A stretch of 64,000 bases of DNA from Candidatus Krumholzibacteriia bacterium (GCA_963836185.1 CAWIIQ010000002.1:256001-320000), one strand, 5' to 3'; shown: positions 40,218 through 52,715, counted from the stretch's first letter. Numbers and translations are program-made. The notes: generated from the letters alone by a model not told the origin.

Positions 40218-40289
40218 TGTAATCGGCGGTCAGCCACTTATTCGCAATAGACATAGGATCCAGCAACCGGGACCCCGGCGGGGAGCAGT

Positions 40290-41946
40290 TTGGGAGAGAA
40301 GACGAAATATATTTTCGTAACGGGTGGAGTGGTTTCGTCTCTCGGCAAAGGTATCGCTGCCGCCTCACTAGGGCTGCTGCTCAAGCAGCGCGGGCTCCGC
40401 ATCGTCCTCCAGAAATTCGATCCCTATCTCAATGTCGATCCGGGCACGATGAGCCCGTTTCCAGCATGGCGAGGTCTTCGTCACCGACGACGGCGCCGAG
40501 ACCGATCTCGACCTCGGGCATTACGAGAGGTTCATCGACCGCAACCTGAGCCAGCGCTCGAACGTGACGACCGGCCAGGTCTACGAGGCGATCATCAACC
40601 GCGAGCGCAACGGCGGGTACCTCGGCAAGACGGTCCAGGTCGTTCCGCACGTCTCGGACGAGATCAAGAACAGGATCAGGCTCGCCGCCGAGAACGGCGA
40701 GGATGTCGACGTCGTGATCACCGAGGTCGGCGGCACGACGGGTGATATCGAGGGGCTGCCGTTCCTCGAGGCCATCAGGCAGATGAGGCTCGACCAGGGG
40801 CGCGATAACGTTCTGTACATTCATCTTACGCTTGTTCCATATATCAAGACCGCTCACGAGATCAAGACCAAGCCGACCCAGCACAGCGTCAAGGGACTGC
40901 GCGAGATCGGTATCCAGCCCGATATCCTTCTCTGCCGCTGCGACAGGCCGCTCTCGCAGGAGCTCAAGGCGAAGATCGCGCTCTTCTGCAACGTCGAGGA
41001 GGGCGCGGTGATCGAGGCGATCGACGCCGAATCGATATACCACGTTCCTCTCAAACTCGGCAAGGAGGGGCTGGACGATCTGGTCGTCGAAAAGCTCCGG
41101 CTCGATGTCGGGCCTCCCGACCTCGAGGAGTGGGAGAGGATGGTCCACAAGATCTTCTCGATGACAGAGAGCGTCGACGTGGCGATAGTCGGCAAGTATA
41201 TCCAGATAGTCGACGCGTACAAGAGCATCATAGAGTCGTTCACACATGCAGGTGTTGCCAACGATGTGCACGTCAACCTCAGGTGGGTCGACGCGGAGAA
41301 GATAGAAGAGGACGGGCCGGAGAAATGGCTCGACAGCGTCGACGGTATCCTCGTTCCCGGCGGTTTCGGCGAGCGCGGCACCGAGGGGAAGATCACGGCC
41401 GTGAAATACGCCCGCGAGAACGGCGTGCCCTACCTCGGGATATGTCTCGGTCTCCAGATGGCCGTTATCGAGTTTGCCCGAAACGTCTGCGGACTAGATG
41501 CCGGATCGAGCGAGTTCGATCCCGATGTTCCTCATCCCGTCATCGACCTGATGCGCGACCAGCGCAGTCAGTCGAAGATGGGCGGAACGATGCGCCTCGG
41601 AGCTTATCCCTGCGTTCTCGAGAAAGGGACGCTCGCCCACGAGCTGTATGGAGTGGACGAGATAAGCGAGCGCCACCGCCATCGCTGGGAAGTCAACAAT
41701 ACATACCGCGAGCAGCTCGCCGCGAAGGGCCTCATCTTCTCGGGGCTCTCACCGAAGGGCGACCTCGTCGAGATAATCGAACTGCAGGGACACCCCTACT
41801 TCATCGCAGGACAGTTCCACCCCGAGCTTAAATCCCGCCCCATGAGGGCGCATCCCCTCTTCAGGGGGCTCGTGGCAGCCGCGAAAGAACTGAACCACGC
41901 CCGGGCAAAGGGTGAGGGCACGGTCGCCGCGGGCCGCGACGGATAG
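40290..41946 (+). CDS. pyrG: CTP synthase (frameshift near 40460)
   Basis: [43 protein letters not shown]. Confidence 0.97.
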
Positions 41947-41957
41947 CGGGAGGAGCA

Positions 41958-42779
41958 ATGGACCCCCTTTCCATCGGAGATGTTCACTGGGAGCCTCAGC
42001 GGATGCCGCTCCTGATCGCCGGGCCGTGCGTCCTCGAGGACGGGGACGAGGCGATGAGGATCGCGTCGGCCTGCGTCGAGCTGGCTGACGAATTCGATTT
42101 CATCTACGTATTCAAGTCGAGCTACCTCAAGGACAACAGGTCCTCGGTCGATTCATATTCGGGCCCCGGCCTCGAGAAGGGGCTCGCGATGCTCGAGCGG
42201 ATAAAGAACGAGACCGGAGTCCCGGTCCTGACCGATGTTCACTCGCGCGATGAGGTCGGCCCGGCCGCGGAGGTCTGCGATATCCTCCAGATCCCCGCCT
42301 TCCTCTCACGCCAGACGAGCCTCATACTGGCCGCGGCCGGAACGGGCAAGGTCGTCAACATCAAGAAGGGCCAGTTCCTCTCACCGGAGAATATGCATAA
42401 CGCCGTCGAGAAGGCGAGAGCCGGCGGAGCCGCGGGGATCATGATCACCGAGCGGGGGACCTCGTTCGGGTACAACAACCTCATCGTCGACATGACGGCC
42501 TTTCCGAGGATGAGAACGTCAGGCGTACCGGTCATATTCGACGCGACGCACTCGCTGCAGCTTCCCGGCGGTCTCGGCGACCGGTCGGGCGGCAGGCCGC
42601 AGTTCGCCGCGGCGCTCGCGCGTGCCGCGATGGCCGCCGGAGCGGACGGACTTTTCATAGAGACACACCCCGAACCGCTCTCCTGCAGCTGCGACGCCGA
42701 GGTGATGCTGCCGCTGGCCGAGCTTGAGGGGCTGCTTCGGGACGCGTCGAGGATATTCCACGGGAACAGAGATGGCTGA
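41958..42779 (+). CDS. kdsA: KDO8P synthase
   Basis: IAGPCVLE, KDNRSS, LQIPAFLSRQT, KKGQF, FDATHS. Confidence 0.95.
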   Translation: MDPLSIGDVHWEPQRMPLLIAGPCVLEDGDEAMRIASACVELADEFDFIYVFKSSYLKDNRSSVDSYSGPGLEKGLAMLERIKNETGVPVLTDVHSRDEVGPAAEVCDILQIPAFLSRQTSLILAAAGTGKVVNIKKGQFLSPENMHNAVEKARAGGAAGIMITERGTSFGYNNLIVDMTAFPRMRTSGVPVIFDATHSLQLPGGLGDRSGGRPQFAAALARAAMAAGADGLFIETHPEPLSCSCDAEVMLPLAELEGLLRDASRIFHGNRDG

Positions 42780-43811
42780 GAAGACAGGATCTGAATAAGG
42801 ACTGTGCCGCGGCGGGATCTCCCGGGGAGACCCGGCGAAGGGATGCTCTGGACCTCGGCCGCGAAGTGATCGCGCTCGAGATCGAGGGCCTCGAAGAGCT
42901 GCACCGCTCGATCGGCCCGCAGTTCGCCGAGGCGGTCGAGCTGATCCTCGGACTGCGGCGGCAAGGTCATCGTCTGCGGCATCGGCAAGTCGGGGATAGT
43001 CGCGCGCAAGATCGCGGCGACGCTGAGCAGCACAGGCACACCATCGGTATTTCTCCACTCGGTCGAGGCGGCGCACGGCGACATGGGAATGGTCGCGAAG
43101 GACGATATCTTTCTCGCCGTCAGCAAGAGCGGGGGAGACGACGAGTTCTCCAAGCTCCTGCCCTACCTGCAGGCTATCGGCGTGAAGATGATCGCCATTA
43201 CCGGCAATTCCGGATCGAGACTGGCCGAGGAGAGCGATGTCGTCCTCATCATACCGGCCGGCAGGGAAGCCTGCCCGATGGATGTCGTCCCTACTACGAG
43301 CACGACGATGTCACTCGCGCTCGGCGACGCCCTCGCGGTGGCCGCGTTCAGAAAGAGGAATTTCGGCAAGGAAGATTTCGCCCGCCTGCACCCGAGCGGC
43401 GTGCTGGGCAGGCGCCTGACACTGACCGTCGGCGAGATCATGAAGAAGGGGGAAGAGGTCCCCATCGTCAGGCTCGAGACCTCGCTGAGCGATGCCCTGA
43501 TGGAGATAGTCGACAAGCACGTCGGCTGCACCGCCGTTGTGGACAATGACGGAAAGCTCGAGGGGATCATCACCGACGGTGATCTCAAGAGGATATTGAT
43601 AAAGAATCCCGACGCGCTCGGGCTTCCTGTATCGGGACTTATGACGAAATCTCCGCTCACTGTCGGCGCCGGGGTTCTCGCAGTAGAGGCGCTCGATCAG
43701 ATGGAGATGAATCCGAAGGGCCCGGTCACCCATTTCTTCGTCGTCGACGAAGAGGGGAAGCTCGAGGGACTGCTCCACATCCACGACATCCTGCGCGCCG
43801 GGCTGAAGTAG
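42772..43811 (+). CDS. kdsD: Arabinose-5-phosphate isomerase, KpsF/GutQ family (frameshift near 42950; start uncertain)
   Basis: GIGKSG, EAAHGDMG, EACPMDVVPTTST, FARLHPSG, CBS pair. Confidence 0.92.
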
Positions 43812-43838
43812 AAAGCTACAGGGACCCCGCCCCGAACA

Positions 43839-46800
43839 TTGGAAGATATGTCCGGTTCTATCTTCAGGATCTGGTCGATAGCTCGCTGTGAGGCGAAAGT
43901 CATCATGCGCGGATGGGCTTTCCGTATCGCGCTGCTGCTCAACCTGGGCGTTTACATCACGGCGTATGTCTTCACCCGCGTGAGCATGTTCGGCTTCCCA
44001 TATTTCAAACCCGGAGTCCTCGAGATTCCCTCATCGTATCCGTACATCGGGATACTCTATTCAAACATCATCCTCGCGGTCGCTGGATCGCTGGTCGCCG
44101 CCGACCTGATCGACCGGGAGAAAAGTCTCGATTCGAACGAGGCGGTCTTCTCGAGAAGATTCTCGATGCTGGAGTACCTGGCGGGGAAAGGCGCGGCCCT
44201 CTTTTTCATCTTCCTCGTCCATATAGTCGCGGTCCTCGCCGTCACACTTGTCTACAACCTCGTATTCATCGGTTCAGGGGTTTCCTGGAATGCGTATCTG
44301 CTATATCCCTTTCTGATCTGCCTGCCGACATTCGTCTTCTTTACCGGAACCGCGATGTTTCTTCAATCGATCACCGGGAACAGGGCGCTGACACTCACCG
44401 CCCTGGTCGGACTGCTGGCGGTACTTGTCGTGCTCGCTCCGGGCAGGCTCTACTACACCTTCGATGCCGCCGCTTTCGGCTTGCCGGTGCTTCTTTCGGA
44501 GTATACGGGGCTGTCGGCGCCGCTCCTGACCGCCGCCCAGAGGGCGTCGTTCCTGCTGGCTGGGCTGGCGATGACAGCAGCCGCCGTACTCCTTCTCGGC
44601 AGGCCGAGGCAATCGAGATCTTCGTCATCGATCCTGGCCGCTTCGGTACCCGTTCTCGCCGCGGCCTCTATAGTATTGACATCGGGTTATCTCAGGTACC
44701 ACACGGATGGATCGGCGATGAGGGCCGATATGATGGCAGCCGCCGAAAGGCTTCGGGCCGAGCCGGTCGCCACACCGGTATCTTTCGATATACAACTTGA
44801 ACATGATGGAAGGGATCTGGAGATCATCACGGCGGTCGTGATCCGTAACGATACGGCCGGTCCATTGAATAGTTATCTGTTCAACCTCAACCCGGGACTT
44901 AAGGTCGATTCGGTCGTCGCTGAGGGATCAGGGCTGAGGTTCACAAGGGATATGCAGGTCCTCGAGATATATCCTCAGCGGGCCCTGCAGCCGGAAGGGC
45001 ATGATACGGTCACCGTCGCCTGCTCGGGGACGATCGATGACCGGGCCTGTTTCCCTGACGCTGACGAGGATGAGAGATGGAGAGGTTTCAGCTATATCGA
45101 TGACTCCATGTTTGACCGTAACCCCGACTTCTTCTACAGGCATTCACGGTTCAAGTTCAGGAAGCAGTTTTCCTGGGCGCAGGACGATCAACTCCTCCTG
45201 CCTCCGTACACGATGTGGTATCCGGCGCCGGGCCTGGTTCGCGGCTCGCAGGATCCAGGCCTCGAGTACCGGTTTTTCGCCGTACACAAGCTTTCTGTCC
45301 GGACTCGGGAGGGGCTGATGGCGGTAGCGCAGGGCTCGGGTACGAGGACCGCTCCGGGACTTTTCGAATTTCTGCCCGGGGAGCCCCTTCCGGGAATGAC
45401 TCTTACGGCCGGCAGATACTCGAACAGATCGGCCGAAGTCGATTCTGTGACATACTCGCTCTCGACCCTCTGCCCTGATGACTATTTTATGCCCTTTTTC
45501 ATCAGCGTGGCTGATACGATCCCGTCCCTGATAAGGGAGCTCAGGGAGTGGGCCGACTCGGAGACAGGGCTGGAATATCCCTTCGCGCGGCTGGCGATTG
45601 TGGAGGCGCCGGCGAATCTCTACTGTTTCGCGCGTCCCCTGGTGACCAATGGAAAGGATTATTCGCAGCCCGGGATAATCATGGCGCCCGAGAGAGGGTT
45701 CGACTGGTCCATGGGATTTCTGTATTACATGTATGATTCCCGCTTCCGCGGCACGTTCAGTTGGAGCTCAGAGGATCCGAGGACAAGGAAATCCAGGTCA
45801 TTTGTAAACACCCTCAGAAACTCGATCCTCGATGCCGGACAGTATATACCGGTCAGCTCGTACTATTCCGGGATCTTTCATATCGGGTCGACGGGGAGGT
45901 CCGCCCTCGATCACGCCGTCGAGTCACACTTCGCCGGCAGGCTCGACTACTGGCTTGATATCGACAAGAAGTACGAGCCGGGAACGGGGGGCTCGCCAGG
46001 GCTATCGTGGCTCTCGACGGTACAAACCTTCCCGATCTTCTCGCTGACAGGTCAAGGCGTGATGCCGCTCTCAATGCCCTGCCGCTCAAGGGAAAGCAGT
46101 TGATCATAGAGATGCAGGGGCTCGCCGGAGAGAGAGAGGTCGATGATTTTCTCTCCGGACTGATATCCTGCAACCGCGGACATATCCTGCCGGAAGAGGA
46201 GTTCCTCTCCGCATTCGAGGAAAGGACCGGGGCCGATATCCGTCCTGTTGTAGAGCGATGGTACAACTGCAGAGACCTGCCGGGATTCATCATCGAGGAT
46301 GTCGAGTGGTATGCGGTCGACGACGGCGGGAAGGAGAAGTTCCAGTTCAGGATGAAGGTGTACAACCGCGAGCAGTGCCACGGGATGATCCGCGTGATCT
46401 ACAGTTTCGTCAGGAAGAAGGGAAAGGCGCCGAAGCCCGACAGGGGAGCGGGCAAGTACGTTAGGACCTTCCTCTTCGGGCCGGGAGAAGGGAAAGAGAT
46501 CGGCATTGTGACGCCGGCCGAGCCGAGAACGGTATATGTCAACACCCTCATATCGAAGAACCTTCCGCCGGTCAGGGAGTACCGTACGAGAGGGTTCGAG
46601 GGCCGCAAGAGCGAGAAGCCGTTCGACGGATCCAGGACGATCGACAGCCCGGAGGCCGATGAGCCGGAGGCTGCGCTGCTCGTTGATAACACTGATCCGG
46701 GATTCGAGATCGTGATCGATCCCGAGGTCCCGTTTGTAAAGAGGATCCTCGGCATGGGCATGGATCGCGAGGATAAATATCCGTACAGGAAATTCCTGCC

Positions 46801-47206
46801 GAAAGAGCCTCCCGTCGTCTGGCGCGAGACGGTCCTGGAGCTCTGCTACGGACGGTATGTCAAATCCGGGCATTTTATCGCCGCCGGAACAGGGACCGGC
46901 GGGGTGCGGTGGACGGTGGATATTCCCGAGAGCGGCACGTACGAGGTCTATCATCATATGGTCGACACCTGGCACAGCATGAAGCCCAAACACAGAAAAA
47001 ATGCCTCGGTCCAGGAGTATCATTTCTCGATCTCTCACGATGAAGGCGTCGATGACCAGATCCTCGTGATGCATCAGTGTCCCCTCGGATGGAACCTCCT
47101 CGGGACGTACTACTTCTCGAAGGGCAGGGCAACCGTGGAACTGACCGACGAGTCGCCGAAGTGGTTCATCATGGCCGATGCCGTAAAATGGGTTAAGAAA
47201 GATTGA
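43839..47206 (+). CDS. Large membrane protein: ABC-2-permease-like TM region, M1-aminopeptidase-like region and golvesin-like C-terminal beta-sandwich (frameshift near 46000)
   Basis: IWSIARCEAK plus several TM helices; FNLNPGLKV, LEYPFARLAIVEAP; WTVDIPESGTYEVY...GWNLLGTYYF...ADAVKWVK. Confidence 0.65.
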
Positions 47207-47259
47207 TCGCCGCCCTGGATCCCTCCGTAACTTCCTGAAATATCATGCCTTGAATAGTA

Positions 47260-47275
47260 TGGCACATTTGTTGCT
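47260..47275 (+). promoter_or_regulatory. sigma54 (-24/-12) motif upstream of the lpxL-lptC-lptB-rpoN operon
   Basis: TGGCACATTTGTTGCT, near-consensus with GG-N10-GC spacing. Confidence 0.7.
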
Positions 47276-47391
47276 TGAATACGTTGAAGGCCTGTGTTAT
47301 ACCTTGAAAAGTGGTAAGTTATTTACCTTGTTTTTCAACATGTTACGTGAGATGACACGTTTCGTTACGGTAGAACGCAGGAGGACACAGG

Positions 47392-48357
47392 TTGTCCAGC
47401 AGCCCGCGGAAAAAAATAAAAAAAACGGTCAAACGGCTCGGCGAGACTATTCTCGTCAAAACGCTCGTTCTACTGGCCGTAACACTGCCGCGACGCGCTG
47501 GTCTCTCACTGTTTACATTTTTCGGTACGTTTTCGTACAGGTGCTACAAGAAGGACCGTGTGCGTGCTCATGAGAATATCGCGCTCGCCTTCCCCGGCAC
47601 GCCGGCTGTCGTCGTCAAGGCGATCGCCGCGGGGGTGTTCAAGTCGCTCGGCAGGAACGGGCTCGACTCCCTCAGGCTGACGCGCCAGACGAAGCAGCAG
47701 GTACTCGAATCGTGCCTCGTCACCGGAGAGGAGAATCTCCGCAGGGCGCTTTCCCGCGGGAAGGGAGTGCTGGCGATCACCGGGCACATCGGGGCCTGGG
47801 AACTGCTCGGCGCCTATCTCTCCGAGAAGGGGTACAGCCTGAGCGTGATAGCGAAGAGGCTCAGCAACGGGGCGCTGAACCAGATGCTCCTCGATCTGAG
47901 ACGAAAGCACGGCGTAGAGTCTCATCACCGCGGCAACACGGCGATCGCCGGGTACCGCACCCTGAAGAGGGGGGAGATCCTCGGGATGCTCATAGACCAG
48001 AACATAAACACCGACGGGGTCATGGCGCCCTTCTTCGGCAGGCCGGCATGGACGCCGATCGGGCCGGCGGTATTCGCCCTGCGAAGCGGGGCGGCTGTCG
48101 TGCCGATGGCTATCCACATGCAGTCCGGGGGGACTCACCAGATAACGATCCTGCCCGAACTGGAGCATCCGCCCGAAGAGTTGACCAGTAGGGAGCGGCA
48201 GAAGATCTTCGTGAAGGACATGACCGCTTCGATCGAGCAGCTCGTCAGGCTCTACCCGCAGCAGTGGGTCTGGTTTCACGACAGGTGGCACGTGCGAAAG
48301 GAACGTCTGGAAAAATCCGGCGATTCGGGATATCTTGAGATGGACGGCACAGCATGA
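47392..48357 (+). CDS. Lipid A late acyltransferase, LpxL/HtrB family
   Basis: TGHIGAWELLG, GMLIDQ, PFFGRPAWT, PQQWVWFHDRW. Confidence 0.9.
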   Translation: MSSSPRKKIKKTVKRLGETILVKTLVLLAVTLPRRAGLSLFTFFGTFSYRCYKKDRVRAHENIALAFPGTPAVVVKAIAAGVFKSLGRNGLDSLRLTRQTKQQVLESCLVTGEENLRRALSRGKGVLAITGHIGAWELLGAYLSEKGYSLSVIAKRLSNGALNQMLLDLRRKHGVESHHRGNTAIAGYRTLKRGEILGMLIDQNINTDGVMAPFFGRPAWTPIGPAVFALRSGAAVVPMAIHMQSGGTHQITILPELEHPPEELTSRERQKIFVKDMTASIEQLVRLYPQQWVWFHDRWHVRKERLEKSGDSGYLEMDGTA

Positions 48358-49013
48358 ACGTGCCGGACGTTGAGGTGTATAAGAAGACAGGACGGATGAA
48401 TACAGGGATGAAGACGAAGAGAGGGATGGCAGCGACACTGTTTATCTGCGCGGCGATAGCCGCCGCGGCCGTCTCGTGCGGCCAGGGCGACCGGCCCCAG
48501 CGCTCGCTCGGAACGACGGAGATGGCCGATCAGGAGTTCTCCGACTTCACGACGATGGAGAGCGACTCGGGACAGGTGAAGTGGACCCTAGAGGCTCCAG
48601 TCGCGAGAGTATACAACATAAGAAAGCTGCTCGTGACCGACGATCCAAAGATCACATTCTACGACGAGAACGGCGAGATATCCTCGATACTCACTGCCGA
48701 CAAGGGCGAATACAACCAGGAGACACACGACCTGACTGCTCTCGGGAACGTCGTCGTCACGACGATGGAGGGGTACACCCTCGAGACGGAGAGCCTGATC
48801 ATGATCCGTGAGCTCGGGGAGATACATTCGGAGGATTTCGTCAAGGTCACCAGGGGAAACGACATCCTGACGGGATACGGATTCCAGGGATATCCTGAGC
48901 TGAAGAATGTGGACATAAAGCGCGATGTAAGGGCCTTCCTGCGCGACGAGGATGGACTTATAGACGGGGAAGTAAAGAAGGAAAAAGAAGGAAAGGGAAG
49001 CGGGGATGAGTGA
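48354..49013 (+). CDS. lptC: LPS export protein LptC
   Basis: Beta-jellyroll pattern ([34 protein letters not shown]); immediately upstream of lptB. The true start may be a later ATG. Confidence 0.8.
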   Translation: MNVPDVEVYKKTGRMNTGMKTKRGMAATLFICAAIAAAAVSCGQGDRPQRSLGTTEMADQEFSDFTTMESDSGQVKWTLEAPVARVYNIRKLLVTDDPKITFYDENGEISSILTADKGEYNQETHDLTALGNVVVTTMEGYTLETESLIMIRELGEIHSEDFVKVTRGNDILTGYGFQGYPELKNVDIKRDVRAFLRDEDGLIDGEVKKEKEGKGSGDE

Positions 49014-49737
49014 AGGCAGGGGACTCGGCTGTGACGGCCTGGTAAAGGTCTACGGCAAGAGACGGGTCGTAAATGATGTCTCGATCAACGTCAAGCGTGG
49101 AGAGGTCGTAGGGCTTCTCGGCCCTAACGGCGCCGGCAAAACGACGAGCTTCTACATGATCACCGGGATGATCAAGCCCGACGACGGGATGATCTATCTC
49201 GACGGCCATGATATAACGAACCTGCCGATGTACCGCAGGGCCCGCAAGGGGATAGGCTACCTTCCGCAGGAGGCGTCGATCTTCAGGAAGCTCACCGTCG
49301 AGGACAATCTCAAGGCGATCCTCGAGACGCTGAAGATATCGAAGGCGGAGAGGAAGGAGCGCCTCGAGAGCCTCCTGAGGGAGCTCAACGTCGAGCACCT
49401 GCGTAAAAGTTACGGCTATCAGCTCTCCGGCGGGGAGCGGCGCAGGGTCGAGGTGACGCGTTCGCTCGTCACGGAGCCCTCGTTCATGCTTCTCGACGAA
49501 CCGTTCGCCGGCATAGATCCGATCGCCGTTGCCGATCTGCAGGGGATAGTCACCAAGCTCCGCGAGAGGGGACTCGGCGTACTTATCACCGATCATAATG
49601 TCCGGGAGACGTTGTCAATAACCGACAGGGCGTATATCATGTATGAGGGAAGCATAAAGCGCTCTGGAACCGCGGATGATCTGGCCTCCGACCCCGAGGT
49701 GAGGGAAATATACCTCGGCGAGGCTTTTCGTCTGTAA
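49006..49737 (+). CDS. lptB: LPS export ABC ATPase
   Basis: [49 protein letters not shown]. Confidence 0.97.
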   Translation: MSEGRGLGCDGLVKVYGKRRVVNDVSINVKRGEVVGLLGPNGAGKTTSFYMITGMIKPDDGMIYLDGHDITNLPMYRRARKGIGYLPQEASIFRKLTVEDNLKAILETLKISKAERKERLESLLRELNVEHLRKSYGYQLSGGERRRVEVTRSLVTEPSFMLLDEPFAGIDPIAVADLQGIVTKLRERGLGVLITDHNVRETLSITDRAYIMYEGSIKRSGTADDLASDPEVREIYLGEAFRL

Positions 49738-49753
49738 GCGAGGACGTATATAG

Positions 49754-51179
49754 ATGGAAATGAAGATGGGGCAACGCCTGGGATTATCAGCAGCGGCTGG
49801 TGATGACACCGCGGCTGCAGCAGGCCCTGAAACTGCTTCAGATGCCGACCCAGGAGCTGCAACAGGTCCTCAGGCAGGAGATACTTCAGAATCCGCTGCT
49901 CGAGGAAGTCGACGAAGTCGAGGATATCAGGGAAGACGAAGCGACCGTGGAGGAGGAAGAGGAGGCAGCCAACAAGAAGGAAGAGACAGCCGCTGAAAAG
50001 GATAACCAGGAGGACTGGGACGACTACTTCGAGACAGCCTTCGGTATGGGAGGGACCCAGGCGGAGATCGAGGAGCGGGAGGATTTCCACGAGAGGGTTC
50101 CCATCGCGCAGCCCAGCTTTTCCGAATTTCTCATGAGCCAGCTCAGGCTTGTGACGAAGGACGAGAAGGACCTCGAGATAGGCGAATATATCATCGGCAA
50201 TCTCGACGACTCGGGATATCTCGTGTGTTCTCTCGAAGATATCATGCGTACATGCGGTACGACGATGGAGAAGGTCGAGGAAGTCCTGAAGATCATCCAG
50301 ACTTTCGAACCTTCCGGGATAGGCGCCCGCGACCTGCGGGAAAGCCTTCTCATCCAGCTGGAGGCAAAGGACCAGTCGGACTCGATGGCCGCCAGGATCG
50401 TCGCCGATCATTTTGAGGAGTTCAAACAGAAGAAGTACCTCGACATCAGCAAGAAGCTGAAGATATCGCTCAAGGAGGTACAGGCACAGGCTGCCGTGAT
50501 CGGAAGCCTGGACCCGAAGCCGGGCCTGGATATAATCTCCGAGGGGCCGAAGTACGTCATCCCCGATCTCATCGTCGAGCGAGTCGGCGACAAGTTCATC
50601 ATATTCCTTAACGACCGCAATGTCCCCAGGCTGAGGATAAGCCAGTCGTACAAGAGCGAGCTGCAGAACACCCACGAGATCAGCGACGAGACCAGGACCT
50701 TCATCCAGGGCCGCCTCAAGAACGCCAAGTGGCTGATCCAGACGATCGAGCAGCGCCGCCGTACGATGATCAAGGTCATGGAGAGCATCGTCGAGGCACA
50801 GAAGGATTTTTTCGAGAAGGGCGCCGGTTTCCTCAGGCCGCTGACGCTTCAGCAGGTGGCGGGGAAGATCGGAATGCACGAATCGACGGTAAGCAGGGTC
50901 ACTACGAACAAGTACGTACAGACGCCGCGAGGCGTCTTTGAGCTGAAATATTTCTTCAGCAGCGCGCTCAACACAGAATCGGGCGGTGAGGTCTCCGCGA
51001 AGAGCGCCAAGCTCAATATCAAGGAGATCATCTCGAAAGAAGATCCGAAGAAGCCGATGAGCGACCAGAAGATCGCCGATCTCCTCAAGAAGGACGGCCT
51101 GATCATAGCGCGGCGCACAGTCGCGAAGTACAGGGAGCAGCTGGGTATACTCCCGGCCAGGCACCGGAAAGAGTACTAG
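49754..51179 (+). CDS. rpoN: RNA polymerase sigma-54 factor (frameshift near 49787)
   Basis: MTPRLQQALKLLQ, GIGARDLRE, MHESTVSR, RpoN box ARRTVAKYRE. Confidence 0.97.
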
Positions 51180-51211
51180 ATATTGAAAGCACTTAAGTTG
51201 ACAGGCGATAG

Positions 51212-52117
51212 ATGACATTGATAACGAGTAAACGCCGCGGCGAGAGGCTTCCCGCGTGGCTCAGGAGGAAGATTCCCCTCGCCACCGAGTCCTCGAGGAT
51301 CGAGGGAGCTGTCAGGCGGAGGGAACTCCATACGATCTGCAGGGAAGGTCTCTGCCCCAACAGGGCCGAGTGTTATTCGAGGGGCAAGGTCACCTTCATG
51401 ATGCTCGGGGATGTCTGTACCCGCGGATGCAGATTCTGCTCTGTCACGAAGGGCAGGCCCTCGGCGCCAGACAGCGGTGAGCCGGAGAGGATCGCCGCCG
51501 CTTCAAACGAGCTGAACCTCAAGCACGTGATTGTAACATCGGTCACAAGAGACGACCTGCCGGACGGCGGAGCCTTATGGTTCGTCGGGGTGATCGAAGC
51601 GCTTCGCGCTCTCGATCCGGCCCCCGTCGTCGAAGTGCTCGTCCCCGATTTCGGCGGCGACCTCGAAGCGCTCGACACGGTGCTCGATGCCGGACCGGAT
51701 ATTTTCTCACACAACATGGAAACAGTCAGAAGGCTTTATTCGGATGTAAGGAAGGGGGCCGATTATGACAGGTCCCTGTTCCTGCTCTCCGAGGCGAAGA
51801 AACGAAAGAGGGAGGTGCTCACGAAGTCGTCATTCATGCTCGGTCTGGGCGAGACGACAGAAGAGATCTACAGCGCGCTCGGTGACCTGAGGTCCGCCGG
51901 AGTGGATTTTACCGCTCTCGGACAGTACCTGCGTCCCGGGCTGGATCAGGTGCCGGTCGAACGGTACCTGCCCCCCGAGGAGTTCTCGGAAATCGGGAAC
52001 CGGGGGCGCGCGATGGGGTTTCTCGAGGTGACGGCGGGACCCCTGGTAAGAAGTTCATACCAGGAAAACCGCACAGGAGTTCGTCGCAGTAATTGCCGGA
52101 CGATGCCGGCTGGTTGA
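51212..52117 (+). CDS. lipA: Lipoyl synthase
   Basis: CREGLCPNRAEC, CTRGCRFC, TSVTRDDL, GQYL, PLVRSSY. Confidence 0.96.
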   Translation: MTLITSKRRGERLPAWLRRKIPLATESSRIEGAVRRRELHTICREGLCPNRAECYSRGKVTFMMLGDVCTRGCRFCSVTKGRPSAPDSGEPERIAAASNELNLKHVIVTSVTRDDLPDGGALWFVGVIEALRALDPAPVVEVLVPDFGGDLEALDTVLDAGPDIFSHNMETVRRLYSDVRKGADYDRSLFLLSEAKKRKREVLTKSSFMLGLGETTEEIYSALGDLRSAGVDFTALGQYLRPGLDQVPVERYLPPEEFSEIGNRGRAMGFLEVTAGPLVRSSYQENRTGVRRSNCRTMPAG

Positions 52118-52134
52118 TGCGAGGAGGATGTGCA

Positions 52135-52683
52135 ATGATTATCACGACCACAGCCAGACATTTTGAAGCCAGTCCTGAACTCAACGAACATATCGAAGAA
52201 AGGGTCGGCAAGCTCAAGCGATATTTCGACCATATTCTCAAAGTCGACGTCATAATGGACGTCCAGAAATTCCGTCATATAGCCGAGGTGAATGTCCATG
52301 TGAATGGGCATGATTTCACGGCCAAGGAAGAATCCGAGGACATGTACGGCTCGATCGACCTTGTCACGAAGAGCCTCGAGCGTCAGGTAAAGAAGTTCAA
52401 GGAGAAGATGATCGACAATCATCATCACCCGAAGAAGAACGGCTTTAAGCCTGCTTCCGCCGAGAAGATCATAAAGGCGGAGAGTGTCGGCAGCGAGGGC
52501 GGGATCGACGTGCTCGAACAGGTATCGCACGAGATAACGCATCTCAACATCGAAGAGGCGATAATAGCGATGGTCGACCAGGAAAGAGATTTTCTCCTTT
52601 TCAATAACACTGAATCAGGTAAACTGAACTTCGTGTACAAGCGGTCCGACGGCCACTATGGGGTCCTCGACAGTCTGGACTGA
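52135..52683 (+). CDS. hpf: Ribosome hibernation promoting factor (long HPF)
   Basis: ITTTARHFE, DMYGSID, ERQVKKFKEK; C-domain EEAI...NFVYKRSDGHYG. Confidence 0.92.
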   Translation: MIITTTARHFEASPELNEHIEERVGKLKRYFDHILKVDVIMDVQKFRHIAEVNVHVNGHDFTAKEESEDMYGSIDLVTKSLERQVKKFKEKMIDNHHHPKKNGFKPASAEKIIKAESVGSEGGIDVLEQVSHEITHLNIEEAIIAMVDQERDFLLFNNTESGKLNFVYKRSDGHYGVLDSLD

Positions 52684-52715
52684 CGTCGCCGCGATTCTCG
52701 ATACGGAGGAAGCCA

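Noticed and set aside
40450-40470. Programmed frameshifting or pseudogenes in pyrG, metK, rpoN and others
   Set aside because: The breaks I examined show no obvious slippery-site context. They are scattered over many conserved genes, consistent with sequencing error.
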